Counted from the stretch's first letter, positions 13,599 to 27,776 are shown. The stretch: DNA of 64,000 bases from Perkinsus chesapeaki ATCC PRA-425 (GCA_013115145.1 JAAPAO010000117.1:7587-71586), one strand, 5' to 3'. The notes: generated by a model from the sequence alone, not told the origin. Numbers and translations: made by a program.

Positions 13599-16500
13599 AT
13601 GAACTTCGGTCGGCCGCCCCCTCAACAACAACAACAACCCATGGCTCTTGGTGGGGCACCCAATGGCGGCGGAAACAATAATAACGGGTCAACACAGTAT
13701 GATATGAGAATGATGCCCCCTCAACAACAACAACAATCTAACTCCACCACCACCACAGGAGGAGGAGGAGCTAATACGCAGTTGATGCATCCACCACCAC
13801 CACCCCCACAGACACAGATGCCCAATAACGGTGGGTATATTTGGCTTGATCATTATGGTGGTATCATTGTTGTTGTAGCAGGTCCACCTTTCCCTATAAT
13901 GTATGGTAGTCCACCATCACCAAGGGGGTATATGGGTATGGGTAATAGTAGCATGCAGCAGCAGCAGCAGCATGCTGTATCATTATCAACATCATCAATG
14001 ATGCATCATCATCATCATCACCAGCATACGTCACATCATTCAAATCATCATATGTCTGGAGGTGGTGTGGGGCAGCATCATGTACCACATGGCCCTATGA
14101 TGATGGCTCCACCACCACCACCGATGATGATGATGATGACGTCACAGGGTATGATAATGCCATCATCATCATCATCACCACCTGGTCTACCACATATGCA
14201 AGGTAACATTATTATATATTTATACTGTTATCATATAGCAGCCTTGTATAGGTGGTATTGGACCACCATCGATGGGAGGGCGTATGATGACCATGATGTC
14301 TAGTATGGATGATGATTACCATCACCCTCCACAAGCACCACCATCTGCTGGAGAGCATCTCCCCCATTACGGAGTGAGTAGCTTAGCCCACTTGTTGTTG
14401 TATATACAACATGTTTTAGTACATGATGGAAGGCAATGGTCCAAGTGGTGGTGGTGGTCTGCGCAGCTCATCAATGCCTATGATGGTTGGTGGCCCTCCT
14501 CCTCCGCCTCCAGGGAGCAGTGGTAACCCAGTGAGTTCCAGTCATAGCAATACCTGGATACAAGTACGAAGATATTAATCACTTATACCAATCCAATACC
14601 TACCTACATACCCAGGTCATGCAACAGCATTCTATGTGTCCAGCTCTACTAAATCAGAGTGACCATCCTACACTATTACAGTGGGATCCGTAAGCATACG
14701 ATAACCATAGCCTCTAGTCATTCAACTTTATTATTATGGTCTTGTTGTTATTAGCTTTGAAGATCTCTTATGGGTCGGCACTCAACAGGGTCGACTAGCG
14801 TCTATGCAATTCACGGCAAATGGCAACCTTACCGACTACACAAGGTTCCAGTAAGAGTATATAAGTATATAGTGATGATGGGCTGTATACCCTCAGATTG
14901 GAGAGAAGTATTGATGAGGATGGTATGAGTGGTGATGGTGGTGGTGGTGGTGGAAGCTACTCCCCAGCAACAGCAGCTTCTTCCTCCTCCTCTTCGATAG
15001 GGGGTAGTGGTACAGCAGCAGCCTACAATCCAGTAGAGCATTTGTTATTTGATCAATCTGGAGTTATATCAGTAACACCTCATAACATTCATTTTCATAC
15101 AAGAGGTGGTGTACGACATTATATTATGGATGATAAGACGATACATAGGATGGGTTCAAACGGCAATGTACTACCACCGTCACCACCACGGCTACCGACA
15201 ACAACAACAAGATGATTAGTGTCATTGTTTAGGTTATCCGAAGTGCTGAGTTTTATCAGCCTAATCCATCTCATCTTGTTGTTGGTGGTGAAAAGAGAAC
15301 GCTATTCTTCGTGGATATGCAAGCTGGTTCATTAAGCACATTTATTGATGTAGACTAGACACTAGCAACTATGCTATTATTATAACAACAACAACCCTCT
15401 CCACCTTCATCCCTCTTCATTAGGTACCCCATGGCTGCTCTGTATTACATAACCCACAGCGATCATCAGTACTTTGTATGGGTGGTACTGATGGTAGCAT
15501 TAGCTTTGTGGATGGTAGAGTCCCTAAGGTGGTATACATAATGTATAATAACAACACTCGGGAGTCGCTGACAGGTCCTCACTACCCTCAGTGCCCATCC
15601 ACGTGAGATAACAACACTTAGTAGTCGTGACCATTGGCTCATCAGCTGCGGAAAGAGGTACGATGACTGGTGGTATTTTAATATGGTCATCGCCTACCAC
15701 TCTTCCTTCTGTTTAGGGATGGCCCTGGCTCTATTGTTGGACCCGATGTATTTATGAAGGTATTTGATCTGCGTACGCTGCGTCAAGCACTACCGATATC
15801 ATGCCCTACTGGAGCCTATATGGCCAAGTAGTACTAGATTATGATGATCATGCATCATCATCATCACATGCATTGTGTTATAATGCGTTGTTGTATTAGG
15901 TTCCATCCTACCTTACCATCATCTGTTATACTACTAAATGTACATGGTATGTGGCAACAGGCAGACTTTGTTCCAGGCGCATCACAGCTCATGTCACCAG
16001 CGTAAGGGGAGTAGGAGGAGGAGGCATTGGTGATGAGTGGGTTAGGTATTATAAAACAGTAGCAGTAGGGCATCCACGAGGTTATAAGAATACAGGAATG
16101 GCTAGGAGCTCTATGTAAGATATAACCAATAGCAGTAGTTGAGTTATCATAGCAGCAGCTGCAGCAGCAGGTCCGATAGCTCTACCGTTGGGTCATGTGG
16201 TGATGGTACAGCAGGATCATCATCCTCCCCTCCTCCGGGTAGAGAGGTTATGGGGGAGGTTATTGACATGGATATAGCTACCACTGGAGGGACGGTAAAT
16301 AGGGTGTTGACGGCGGCGGCGGTGGTGGGGGGGGCATTGTTGATGTTGTAGGCTGCTTTATTGGATAGTAATGGATGGATACATTTATGGCAGACAGTAT
16401 CTGAGAATGCAATGCAGTCCCAAGGTATGCATGCTAGAGTTAATATCTATTCCAATCCTACTGGTAATAATAAGCAGCAGCACCAGCACCAGCACCAGCT

Positions 16501-19500
16501 GCTGCTCTTCAGCCCCCCATAACCCCAGAGCACGTCATCTTGTTACTGGTATGCTGGATGGTTCCACTGACAATCGTGTATTGGCTGATGAAGCACGGTC
16601 TGTTAGACAGAGGCCTATGTGTGTTATCGATCCCCGTACTGGAGGATTAAGCTATAACTACCAAGATACCATGCCCCTGTGGCCAGTAGGACTGCAGCCT
16701 ATAGCTGATGATGAAGAACAAAGGTAGTAACATAGAGAAGGGGGACGAGTGGGATAGGGTATGTGGTGATGATGATGATGACTGTGGGGTTGTTGTTGTT
16801 GTTTTCAGGCAATACAATAATATGCCTGGGGCATACTATGATGATGAACAAAATGGATGTAGACGACTGCTGCCACCACAGATGATGCTACCAGCTGTAA
16901 GGGAGGCAGCAAGGGGACAAGGTAGATAGTTTATAGAGTTGAGAGTTCAAGTATGGTATGAATTGTCAGGCATAGATGTCAGCAAGCATCCTGATTCACC
17001 TAGAACAGCTTCTGAATTACCAGTGGTTCATATGATGCTGCCCAACAAGTATGGTGATGGCAGCAGGAGCGGCACTGGCCTTGAGGGTGATACTATACTA
17101 TGGCATACTACTGCATTAATGAATGAAGTATCGGAGGAATTGAGAACTATGCGAAAGGATAGAAGGATGCATAGGTAGGCTACCATACTGTTGTTACTGC
17201 TGGGTAGGCTTGTCTAGTAGGCAACCACGTGCTGAATCACAACTATCGGATATATTCACAGAGAGTACTGAGGAGGAGGAGGAGGAGAAGGATCCTATTA
17301 CTGGTTTGGCGAGGATACCACGACGGTAGCGAGTCAGCCGCTAACTAACACTAACATTAATTGCTTATTATATTGCTGTTGTTGTTAGGTTCCAATTCAC
17401 TGAGATAGACTATGGTCAAAACTATAATAGGTTCCCATTTGCCAAGTATAATAGGTCAAGGTTTGTGTGTGGATTGGATAATAGTTATGGTGGTACCAAC
17501 TGGAACGGTATTGAGTTTTGCAATAATGCCATCACGCAGGTGAGCAGCGGGAGGAGAAGGAGGAGCTACTACTGCTACTTGTTACTGTTTAGATATTATA
17601 TTTTATTCGACCATTTATGCAAGCAGCTGAGAGGCATGTATGTAGTGATGATGAATGTATATATTGTGATATAGGATATGTATTCCATATGATGGAACAG
17701 CTTATGTTTGCCAGCAATAAGGTAATAGTACCACTCCTCCTCCTGCCGCCGCTGCTGCAGTAATTGCCGTCCTATAGATATGCCAATGTACTCGGTTATT
17801 ACGAACCTTAAAAGCCACATCACCATCAGAGTTACGGGCTCCTATTGACCCAAAGCATCCGGCATTGAGTATGGGCCATAAGGGAATACTACTGTTGAAG
17901 CATATACTATTATCATGCAAGAAGACAGCTGCTGCTGCGGCCGCCTCAAGCGCATCGGTCAGCTATCGAAGCTCTCCTCATATATCCCCCATACCTAGTG
18001 GATATTCTCCACCATTATCCGGGCTCAGGCATCCTACCAGCGGCAGCAGCAGCAGCAGTGGTAATGTTGTGTCGAGATTGTTTGGTCTGTCCCCTCCACC
18101 TGGTGTCCCTCCAAGCCCCTTTGTAGCACTACAGATGCCTAATAGTGAGGAACTGAAAGAGGCCATAGCTAGGAGTAAGGCTGAGGCTGCAGCAGCTGCT
18201 GCTGCAGCTGTGGAATTGACAACCAGCTCTGAGGAGGATACTGCTACTGAGAGTGACGAGGGTACAGGGTCAATGACAAGCGGCACTGAGCATCATGACA
18301 GTGAAGAGGAGGAGAAGGAGGAGGAGAACGATGATGATGATGATGATGCCAAGGCTGAGCCACCACTGAGACCAGATCATGCAGCCTTTGTGAAGATGAT
18401 ACGCCGTTCTCTGGTTGGAGGGCATGGTACTCCTCCAGTGCTACTGATGGACATTTGCCCAAAGGATGGTATTGAGGCTGAGTTCTGGTCGATAGGTGGC
18501 AGAGGCTTCTTACCCTCTACCATTTGGATAGGATATAATGATGCACATGACCGTAAACTGATAACTGATGTGTCTACAAGTAAACCGTATCCTAATAACC
18601 GTAGCCGTCAGCAGCTAAGACCGCCGTACAGCTCCTACTCCAAGTATGAGCTACAGTCAGTGGCTCTTCATGTGAAGGATAGGCCTACGAGGAAGTGCCC
18701 ACAGGGCCATCTGGTGGGTATAACTAACATACCACCGGATTATCACACTGATACATTCCGTACTAGTGGCACTGCTACAAGGGGGCCTAGTATAAGCTCA
18801 GCCAGAGGCCCACCGCCAGAAGGTGGTAGTGGTGGCGTGCCCATCACTTCTCCAGCGGCAGCAGCAGCAGTACAGCCGACTGTGGGGCCTGTTGGAACAG
18901 GAGGAGCTCCTATTGGCATAGTGCCTACCCCTCCGAAAGGTACACCTACCCGGTTCACACCAGGCGCGGCGGCGGCGGGGGCGGTTATGTCACATCATAG
19001 CCCTACAGCTCAAGCTACACTTAGCAATCCACAAATACCAAGACCATTCAGTTATGCTGCTGCCGTTGCTGGACGTTCCTATGCTGCGGCTGCTGGGGCC
19101 ACTAGCTCTGTTGGCAGTGGTGCAGGCTCGGGACGAGGGGATTCTATGTCACCATCACCAGCGGAGACTGAGACTGCTACATCAACAGAGGAGGATGATG
19201 AGGAGGATCAGAATTGGATGGTGCTTAATGACTTCGTTATTACACCTAGTTTGAGGTGAGTTCGCCACCTAGAGGGGGCTTTGTAGTGTAAGTCTTTGTT
19301 AGGGAAGAAGCTGTGGACTTTAAGGCTGATTGGAGGACACCGGTTTTGGCTGTCTACGTCCAGAAGAGATCTCTAGCACAAGTAGCTGTACAGGATAGGC
19401 AGTTGGTAGCGACACCACTATCAGCAGCCTCATTGCATCCAGAAGGGGTAAGGGAAGAAGTGCTTGTTCTTGGGCTTCATTTTATGATATTATTTGCCCT

Positions 19501-20464
19501 CCTCAGCAGCAGCAGCTTGGGAGGATACCACCAGGCTGCCATTGTAGCCTCGAGATGTTCCTAGAGGACCACTGCCTTAATGCTGATCCAGAATCAGCAA
19601 GGATAACGAGGAACTTTGTACCACTAACAGAGAAGGAGATCGATCGACTGCTACATGGTGGCCTGACAGTGGCACTAGATGCTGAGTTTGTGGCGATGGG
19701 CTTAGCGAGTGTTGAGATCCGCGAGGATGGCAGCAAGGAAGTGTCATCTCCTGGTGAGATGGCAGTTGGTAGAGTATCTGTGCTGAGGGCTGATCCTATC
19801 AATCCTGATGATGCGGATGAAGGGATAAAGGAAGGAACACCATTTATAGACCATTACCTACAAATTGATGAATCAGAGATTAAGGACTTCGTTACCAGAT
19901 TCTCTGGTCAGTTGCTTCATCATCGAGCGTCAAGCTTTGTTGTAAGTTGTATTATCAGGTCTGGTCCCTGGTGACCTAGATCCCAAGACATCCCGACATT
20001 GGTTGGTCAGCAGCAAGTCAGTGTGCCAGAAGCTACGCTTTTTGGTTGATTGTGGTTGCCGGTTTGTCGGTCACGGCTTGTCCACGGACTTCAGGTAGAG
20101 ACTAGAATCGTCAGTATGTAATAGTTGTTCTATCCAGCAGTGTTGTTCTATTGTAGGATAATAAACTTATTCGTTCCCCAGCGTAATATACGTGATACAG
20201 TGGAGCTGTTCCATCTCCCCGGTCAACGATTCCTCTCCTTGAAGTTCCTCGCACAACACCTGTTGGGGAGTTGCATACAGACTGACACTCATTGCAGTGT
20301 AGAGGACGCTAAAGCTGCTCTACAACTTTATAGAAAGTACACCACCTACCATTCTGCTTGGCTATTACTGTGGCATCAGGTATCAAGAACTCGAAGCTGA
20401 TGGTACTCTAGATGAGAAGGTAAAACAGCTATATGAAGTTGGCCGACAGCAAGGGTGGAAATAG
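13599..20464 (+). CDS. PAN2: PAN2 poly(A) deadenylase subunit (WD40, pseudo-UCH, DEDDh exonuclease) with a long low-complexity N-terminus
   Basis: WD40 start WDP|FEDLLWVGTQQGRL; UCH box GLDNSY..CNNAITQ. Exonuclease motifs VALDAEFVAMG, GRVSVLR, PFIDHY, FVGHGLSTDF, DTVELFHLPGQRFLSLKFLA and HCSVEDA. TAG at 20462-20464. Confidence 0.92.
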
Positions 20465-21060
20465 AGCCTTGATCATTACCTATCACACTACCTTCAAGCA
20501 TCTTGTTGTTCAGACTAATATATTTCTTATCTTCTTCTGCACAGTATAGTTTTCATTCTCAGTGCTGCTGCTCACTTATTAATATCTTAAATAGTACTCA
20601 TGGCGACAAGTTATCATGTACATTACTCCTCCCTCCTAGCCCCTTGACTCTTATTATCATCATTAATAACAACAACAACTCTATCATTGCCTAATTATGT
20701 GCTCTACTACTGCCCATTTACACTCCTCTTCATACTGTGACACTTGCTTGCTGTGTTCTATTAGACTATCTGCTGCTGCACCATAAGGGGCATTGCTGTG
20801 ACTGTGAGCACTTGTGATGGTCGTGGTTATAATGTTAAAAATGATGGACTATTGGCTAGTAGCCAATTCTCTATTCACGCTGATGCATTGTCGTCGTTGT
20901 CGTCGTTCATATCATCTGTTGTACGATTACCATTATTAAAGGCAATCAATAGCAGCAGCAATCTTCATCATTGTTACCATAACACCATTTTCACGGCACC
21001 CTTGCCTCGAGTTTCCTCAACCATTAGAACCCTCACTCTCCTCCTACAGTATCAAGGTTT

Positions 21061-21682
21061 ATGAACGGCTGCTCGAAGAGGAAGTCTCATCCAATTCTAC
21101 CGGACTTCCGCCGAATGGAGCTCCATGCTAAGTTCCCTCTAATACCGTAAGCTATATATAGGGATAGCCCACAGCGGGTCATTGTCAGATATGGCCAAGG
21201 GAGAAGGATCATACAACAGTTCAAGCTTGGTTGGGTAACTTGTCTTATTCTTATTCGTGCAACTGTGATGCCCTCAGGCTAGCTCTTCAACCCATCGATG
21301 CCATGACACATGGCTGAGGTTCCGGAACTGTGTGTCTCTCAGACCACAACGATTTGTTGAGCGTTGCCAAGTTCAAGCTGCACTGTACGATTGCTATGAT
21401 ATTGTGAATCTACTTGTTTGATTAGGCATTTGGATTGTTTGAAAATGCATGGTCAAGGGAAAGCGGATGATGCGAAAAGAGTCCACTTTCGGAGGTACGC
21501 CCATTGGCTGTGATCTAGGTAACAACTTGATGTGCTGTAGATTCTTGGAGAGGTTCCGTGTATTTGATGAGAAGTATTATAAGAACAGGAAATATGCTGA
21601 CCCAACAGTTAACTCCCATGGAGAGGGAACAGTGTTCCAGTTCACCACACCATCACCAAGCACAGCAGGAGGGGCTTGGTGA
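21061..21682 (+). CDS. Small (about 149 aa) twin-CX9C (CHCH-type) protein, probably mitochondrial intermembrane space; five exons
   Basis: Four GT-AG introns of about 40-46 nt keep one frame and give C-HDTWLRFRN-C-X11-C-QVQAALHLD-C. A pyrimidine tract ending in cag lies just upstream of the ATG. Confidence 0.7.
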
Positions 21683-22098
21683 GTGGAGTGTGACATCTTA
21701 TGATGATGCTTTAACATGTTTCTGCACCACTTGGTTGTTGTGTTTAATCTAAAGTTAGAACATCTATGACCGTCAAGACACAGAATGAGCCACGGAACTC
21801 ATTAGCGAATGTGCTGATGCCAAAGACGCGAAGCAGCCTCTTGCCGCTGCGTAGGTCTCAGTTTATAACAGCTACACGGTATGCAAGATAACTGTAGCAG
21901 CAGTGCAGTAACCAATGGTGTTACAGTAATGGTGTACCGTTAAACACAACAATATCAGTTAAAAAAGGACACTACTACTCCCGTGAGATAGGAAAATTGT
22001 TTTTACATCAATAATAGCATGTGTAGGACTATAGCTACTTGAATGATAAAAATGAATCACTCGTCGGCCTCCCTCTGTAGAGCAATGCTCTACTCGAC

Positions 22099-23407
22099 TC
22101 ATTGCGCCAAAGATACAGCCTTACCGGCGGCCTCATTTAGATCATCAAAGGCGTAGACTTTGAGCCCCGCGTCTTTAATAATCTGCTTGCCTTGTTCAAC
22201 GTTGGTGCCGACAAGCCGTATGACGATTGGCTTCTGCATGTTAAGTTCAGTCGTGGCTTGGACAACGCCTTGAGCGATGACGTCACACCTCATAATACCA
22301 CCAAATATATTAACCAGAATACTCTTAACCTTGGGGTCCTTCTCGAGGATCTCAAAGGCAGCTTTAACCTGGTCAGCCTGAGCAGAGCCACCAACGTCCA
22401 AGAAGTTAGCAGGACTGCCTCCTTTCAGTGATAGAAGGTCCATCGTAGCCATAGCAAGACCGGCACCATTAACCATGCATCCTATGTTACCATCTAGACC
22501 GATGTAATTAAGATCCCATTCAGAGGCAGCTACTTCACGAGGATCCTCTTGGGTACGGTCTCTCATAGAATGGACACACTTCTGACGGAACTGAGCGTTG
22601 TCATCAAAATTGACCTTAGCATCGCATACCATCACACGGCCATCACTGGTCTCAGCCAAAGGGTTAATCTCAACCATAGTGCAGTCGGATTGACGGAAAG
22701 TATCGTAAAGGGCTTTGATAGCGATAACCGCCTCATCCACTATTTCGCCTTGGAAGCCGATCTTCTCAGCCATCTCTCTGGCCTCGCCATCTGAGATGCC
22801 ACTATTGATATCAACGGGGATCTTAATGATAGCATCGGGGTGTTCGGCAGCTACGTCCTCGATGCTCATACCACCGTATTTGGAACCAACCATAACAGGG
22901 CCGCCAAAGGAACGATCCATCAAAATAGCAAAGTACTTCTCAGATGCGATCTGGAACCTCTCCGACAGAAAGACGCCATTACAAGGCTTGCCAGCCTCGC
23001 CAGTCTGTTTAGTGACGAGAGTCTTGCCGATCATCTTGGAGGCAATGTCTTTAGCCTCGATAGGATTCTTAACGATATGTACCCCACCTTGGAAACCATT
23101 CTCCTTGAAGTAACCACGCCCTCTGCCACCAGCCAACACCTAATTAGCGTTAATCCAAAGGATTTAGGCCTACTAAATATCTTACCTGTGCTTTGACAAC
23201 CACATCACCACCGCCCAGCTGCTGTGCGAATTTCTCGGCATCTTCGGGCGATGTAGCATAATAACCATGCGGTACACATACGCCGTACTTCTTAAACACA
23301 CCGAGGGATTGATGCTCATGGAGATTTAGATGACGAACTTGCTGGCCTTTAGGGACGAACACTCGGTGGGCTCGATGAAGGGTGGAAAACATAGCGGCAT
23401 TGGCCAT
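22099..23407 (-). CDS. sucC: Succinyl-CoA ligase beta subunit (mitochondrial); two exons
   Basis: LNLHEHQS, VVVKAQ|VLAGGRGRG, CTMVEINPL, DAKVNFDDNAQFRQ, LNYIGLDGNIGCMVNGAGLAMATMD, ANFLDVGG and ILVNIFGGIMRCD. The N-terminus resembles a presequence. Confidence 0.97.
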
Positions 23408-23919
23408 AGGCAGGACGCCATGGCGAAGTATACCGCAGCTGCTCCTTGTAACAGTTGATGAGAAGGTTGGCAGCATTACCAGGAAAATGGGGATAAAATA
23501 GGTCTGAAAAGTGGTGTGTAGTGAACAGTACTGCCGTCTCCCAAATAAAATGCACTTCGACGCGGAACCATAAGACAGCAATTCGACCCTAGAGTAAGGT
23601 GACTCAAAGAAGGTAAAAGTGACACAGTAGAGCACTAGCGTAATAGTGAACCACTGCTATGAGAAGGTAACAACAACGACAGGACTTAACAAGAAGAAGA
23701 CGGCGAAAATTTTGAGGCGAGCGCTATTAGAAAATTTAGCCGTTCGTGAGGAGAAGTCCTATTATGCAGTGGGATTCCTTACCGTCTATGAGAATGGAAC
23801 TATCTAGAACCAGCTTGGGGAGGATTTAGGGCGATGAAGGGAAATATTGCGTCGATTATGACTTTTAAAATTGGTAATCTATCAACAGCGTGTCTCAGTG
23901 CGGCTTTACTAGGCCTTCT

Positions 23920-26138
23920 ATGAATGTGACTTTACCTATACCTAAACTTAATAACACATTTCTACAGGATGAGTATCTTCAGCGCAACCTGCGCCGAATC
24001 TTTGGCGACGCAAGATACTCCGAGGTTGAAAGTGACCTAATAAGATTTGGTGGCGATTGTGCAGGGCCTATCTTGGAGGCTGGAAGGCAATGTGAGCTTC
24101 ATCCACCTTATCATAGACCATATGATGCTTGGGGTAACAGAGTTGATGAGATATGGACATGTCCAGAGTGGAAGGGAATGCATGGCATAGCTGCCAAGGA
24201 AGGCCTTATTGCATTGGCATACAGTCGACCATTGGGAAGGGAGATATCAAGGCTCTATCAGCTGGCTAAGCTTTACCTATTCGCACCATCCAGTGGCCTC
24301 TACAGTTGCCCACTGGCCATGACTGATGGTGCTGCCTTTGTTATCGAGAAGGTACTTCAATATATCATCTAGAAGCTTGATGGGTCCTGTAGGTGTTGCA
24401 GAAGGCAGGTGTGGACGGGAGACTTAAGCGAGAGCTTGAAGAGGCATTTAGCCATCTGACGAGCCAAAATCCTGATGAGTTTTGGACTAGTGGGCAGTGG
24501 ATGACGGAGCGTGGTGGTGGTAGTGATGTAAGTGCAGCAACGGCTACTACTGCTGCTGCGGCTGTTAAGGATACTGGACAGGAGGATGAGTGAGTGCTTC
24601 AGACACTTGCTTTATAGGATGCCTATTGGTAGGGTATGGTTGTTATCTGGTAATAAATGGTTTACATCTGCAACTGATGCCCATATGACCTTTACTCTTG
24701 CTAGAACCCCCGATACTAATGGTAAGGTGGATATGTTCTATCTTAAGACTAGGGACCAACAAGGCAAGCTCAACGGCTTAGAGGTCGGTGAGATACCTAT
24801 TGACGGTGGTGCTGCATTCTGGTATAGGTGGTACGACTTAAAGATAAGCTGGGTACACGGCAGTTGCCCACTGCCGAGATGAACCTGGTCAACAGTCAGG
24901 CTATGAGGGTGAGATGGGTGGCTGGTGGGGCGGTAGTGGTGGTATTAGTTCAATAATAGTAGGTTACTGAAGATGGTAAAGGTGTTGGTATGATAATGAA
25001 TTTAGCATCTATTACACGAATACATAACACTATATCAGCATCATCTGGTATGAGGAGGATACTTCAATTAGCTGTGGATTATTCAACTAAGAGGGAGGCT
25101 TTTGGGCGAAAACTAATGGAGGTAGTGCCGTGGTATGGGCTCTTGGTAGTAGTATTAGCTTATACGGTCTTTTCTTATGTGTGTTACATAACATGTACTC
25201 ATTCGTCTTTTCCTGCTTGTATGATATAGACGATCATCGAGGCAGTTGGACAGCGGTTGTATTACTGCGAGCACCACCTTAAATGATCTAGTCCCTGGGT
25301 AGGGCTATATCTCCCTGTATAGTTACCAGCACACGTAGCAGCATTAGCAGAGCTAGAGGTAGAGGCACGTGCAAGCTGCTCATTATGGTTAGAGATGGGT
25401 AGACTACTTGGTAAAGTGGAGGCAGGAACTGCCAGTGATGATGAAGTACTAATCTATTGGTAATATGTCTTTATTATTTCTATAGGCGTTAGTGTTTCGG
25501 CTACTAGTGCCGCTGTCTAAGCTCCAGACTGGTAGGCAAGGTGTGGATGTCGCATCCAAAGGCATTGAGCTATTTGGTGGTGCTGGTTATATGGAGGACA
25601 CTGGACTACCAGCACATCTACGTGATGCTCAAGTAGGGCGTGGATGATCTTCCTTATGGTGTGGTATTGGTGTTGGTAGGTATTGGCTATATGGGAAGGC
25701 ACTAGTAATGTACAAGCACTGGATGTTTTGAGGGTAATAGCTCAGACCAATGGAGCAGCATTGGCAGCACTGAGGCGTCGCTTCAGTGACTCTAGGGTAG
25801 GACTTCTTCCTCATGTCGATGTCATTGTGAAGTAGGTTATCTCTCTTATTGCCCCAGCTGAGCAGCTTCTATGTGATGAGTTCCCCGAACCTCTAGCTCT
25901 ACGTGCCGCGGTGCTGTTGGGCCGGGCTGTTAGTGGCGGGTTAATGTTGGAGCATGCCAGCTATCTGGGCAGTACAGCCTGTAAAAGCGATATGTTGGCC
26001 GCGACACGATGGTTGGAGGGGAGTAGTGGTAGTGGTGCCCAAGTTCACATGGACAATATAATGCTGGTTTATGGTGGTAGCAATACATGTTTATCATTCA
26101 ACAGGATGAGCAGGCCCGAGGGTGTCTCTGCACTGTAG
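23920..26138 (+). CDS. Acyl-CoA dehydrogenase, AidB/ACDH-11-like subfamily; multi-exon, ends approximate
   Basis: [62 protein letters not shown] and [12 protein letters not shown]. Confidence 0.9.
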
Positions 26139-26211
26139 CGTCCATAAGTTTGTTTTCAGCAGTATTGAGTTCAAGTATGTTGTTATTATTTAGTGATTTG
26201 TTATTATCCTA

Positions 26212-27547
26212 ATGTCCGAATGTGGTTTTGGTTCCCCAGTCCCGTATGGAGAGCCCAATTGGTACTATAAAGGTTTCTCATCTCCCTATTACACCGACTC
26301 GCATCGAGCCTGGCGACAGAGGTGTCGTAGTTTCGTCGAAGAGCATATCATCCCTAACGTATCCGACTGGGAGAAGGCCAAAGCTATACCAGCTGATGCC
26401 TATGTGAAGTGCTATAAGGCTGGCCTACTCCCGTGTGTGGTTGGTGCTAAAGGATTCGATTATGTTGACTCTAAGGTGGCCCCTAAGCCACAGGGTTATG
26501 ACTACTTCCATGAGCTTATCTTCATTGATGAGTTGGCTAGATGTGCCAGTGGTGGTGTGTTGTGGGGTCTTATCGAGGGTCTTCAGATTGGTCTACCTCC
26601 TGTCCTTAACTTTGGCAGTGATTCTCTCAAGGAGAGGGTAGCTGGCCCATGTCTTCGTGGTGAAAAGAAGATATGTCTTTGTATTACAGAGCCCTATGCT
26701 GGTAGTGATGTGGCCAACATTCGTACTACAGCCAAACTGAGTTCGGATGGCAAACACTATATAGTGAGCGGAGAGAAGAAATGGATCACCAATGGCATCT
26801 TTGCGGACTACTTCTCTGTTGCGGTTAGGACTGGTGGTCCTGGTATGAAGGGGATATCCATGCTGCTCATAGAGCGTGATATGCCTGGGGTTAAGACTAC
26901 TAGGATGGAGTGCCAAGGTGTGTGGCCCAGTGGCACCACATTTGTTGAGTTCAACGAAGTGAAGGTCCCTGTTGAGAATCTAATAGGAAATGTGAATGAA
27001 GGCTTTAAGGTTATTATGTATAACTTCAACCATGAGAGATGGGGGTTTGTGGTCCAAGGGGCAAGGTTGGCCAGAATGCTTTATGAGGAGTCCTTCAAGT
27101 ACGCTCAGAAGCGTAAGACCTTTGGTAAGGCACTGATAGAGCATCCAGTTATAAGATGGAAGTTGGCTGAGATGGCACGACAGATTGAGGGTTTGCAGTA
27201 TTGGTTGGAGAATATAACCCATCAAATGAACACGATGTCATGGGCTGATAGCATGGCGGCCCTAGGTGGAACATTAGGTTTGATGAAGGCCCATAGCACT
27301 AAGGTGAATAAGGTTATGATGTATCAGAGCTAATGTCCCCTATCAGGTATTTGAGTACTGTGCCCGAGAGGCATCACAAGTGTTCGGTGGCAATGCCTAT
27401 ACGCGTTCCGGTCTAGGAGAGAAGGTTGAAAGGCTTTACCGTGATGTTAGAGCATATGCTATACCTGGTGGATCAGAAGAGATCCTATTAGACCTCGGCA
27501 TCAGACAAGCTGATCGGCTCTACAAACAGCGCATAGCAAGACTTTAA
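26212..27547 (+). CDS. Acyl-CoA dehydrogenase (MCAD/LCAD-like fold); one intron at about 27304-27346
   Basis: CLCITEPYAGSDVA, SGEKKWITNG, FNHERW, QKRKTFGK and FGGNAY; the catalytic Glu region is AIPGGSEEI. TAA at 27545-27547. Confidence 0.95.
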
Positions 27548-27776
27548 TTTTTTAGGCGCAGCGAGAATCAAACCGCGCCAGAGGAAGTCTCGCTCGCCCA
27601 AAATGGAAATATGAAACGGCTGGGTCGTAAAGAAGTTTTTGAGCTCTATTGATACTCTTGTGATTGGTATTAGTGTGAAATATGTAGTGTTGGTTAATTA
27701 CCTTATAAGGTCTGCTGGGTGGTGTTGATTGATTGTTATTGTTCTTTCTCAGAGCTTATTAGTTCACTAAACGCTA

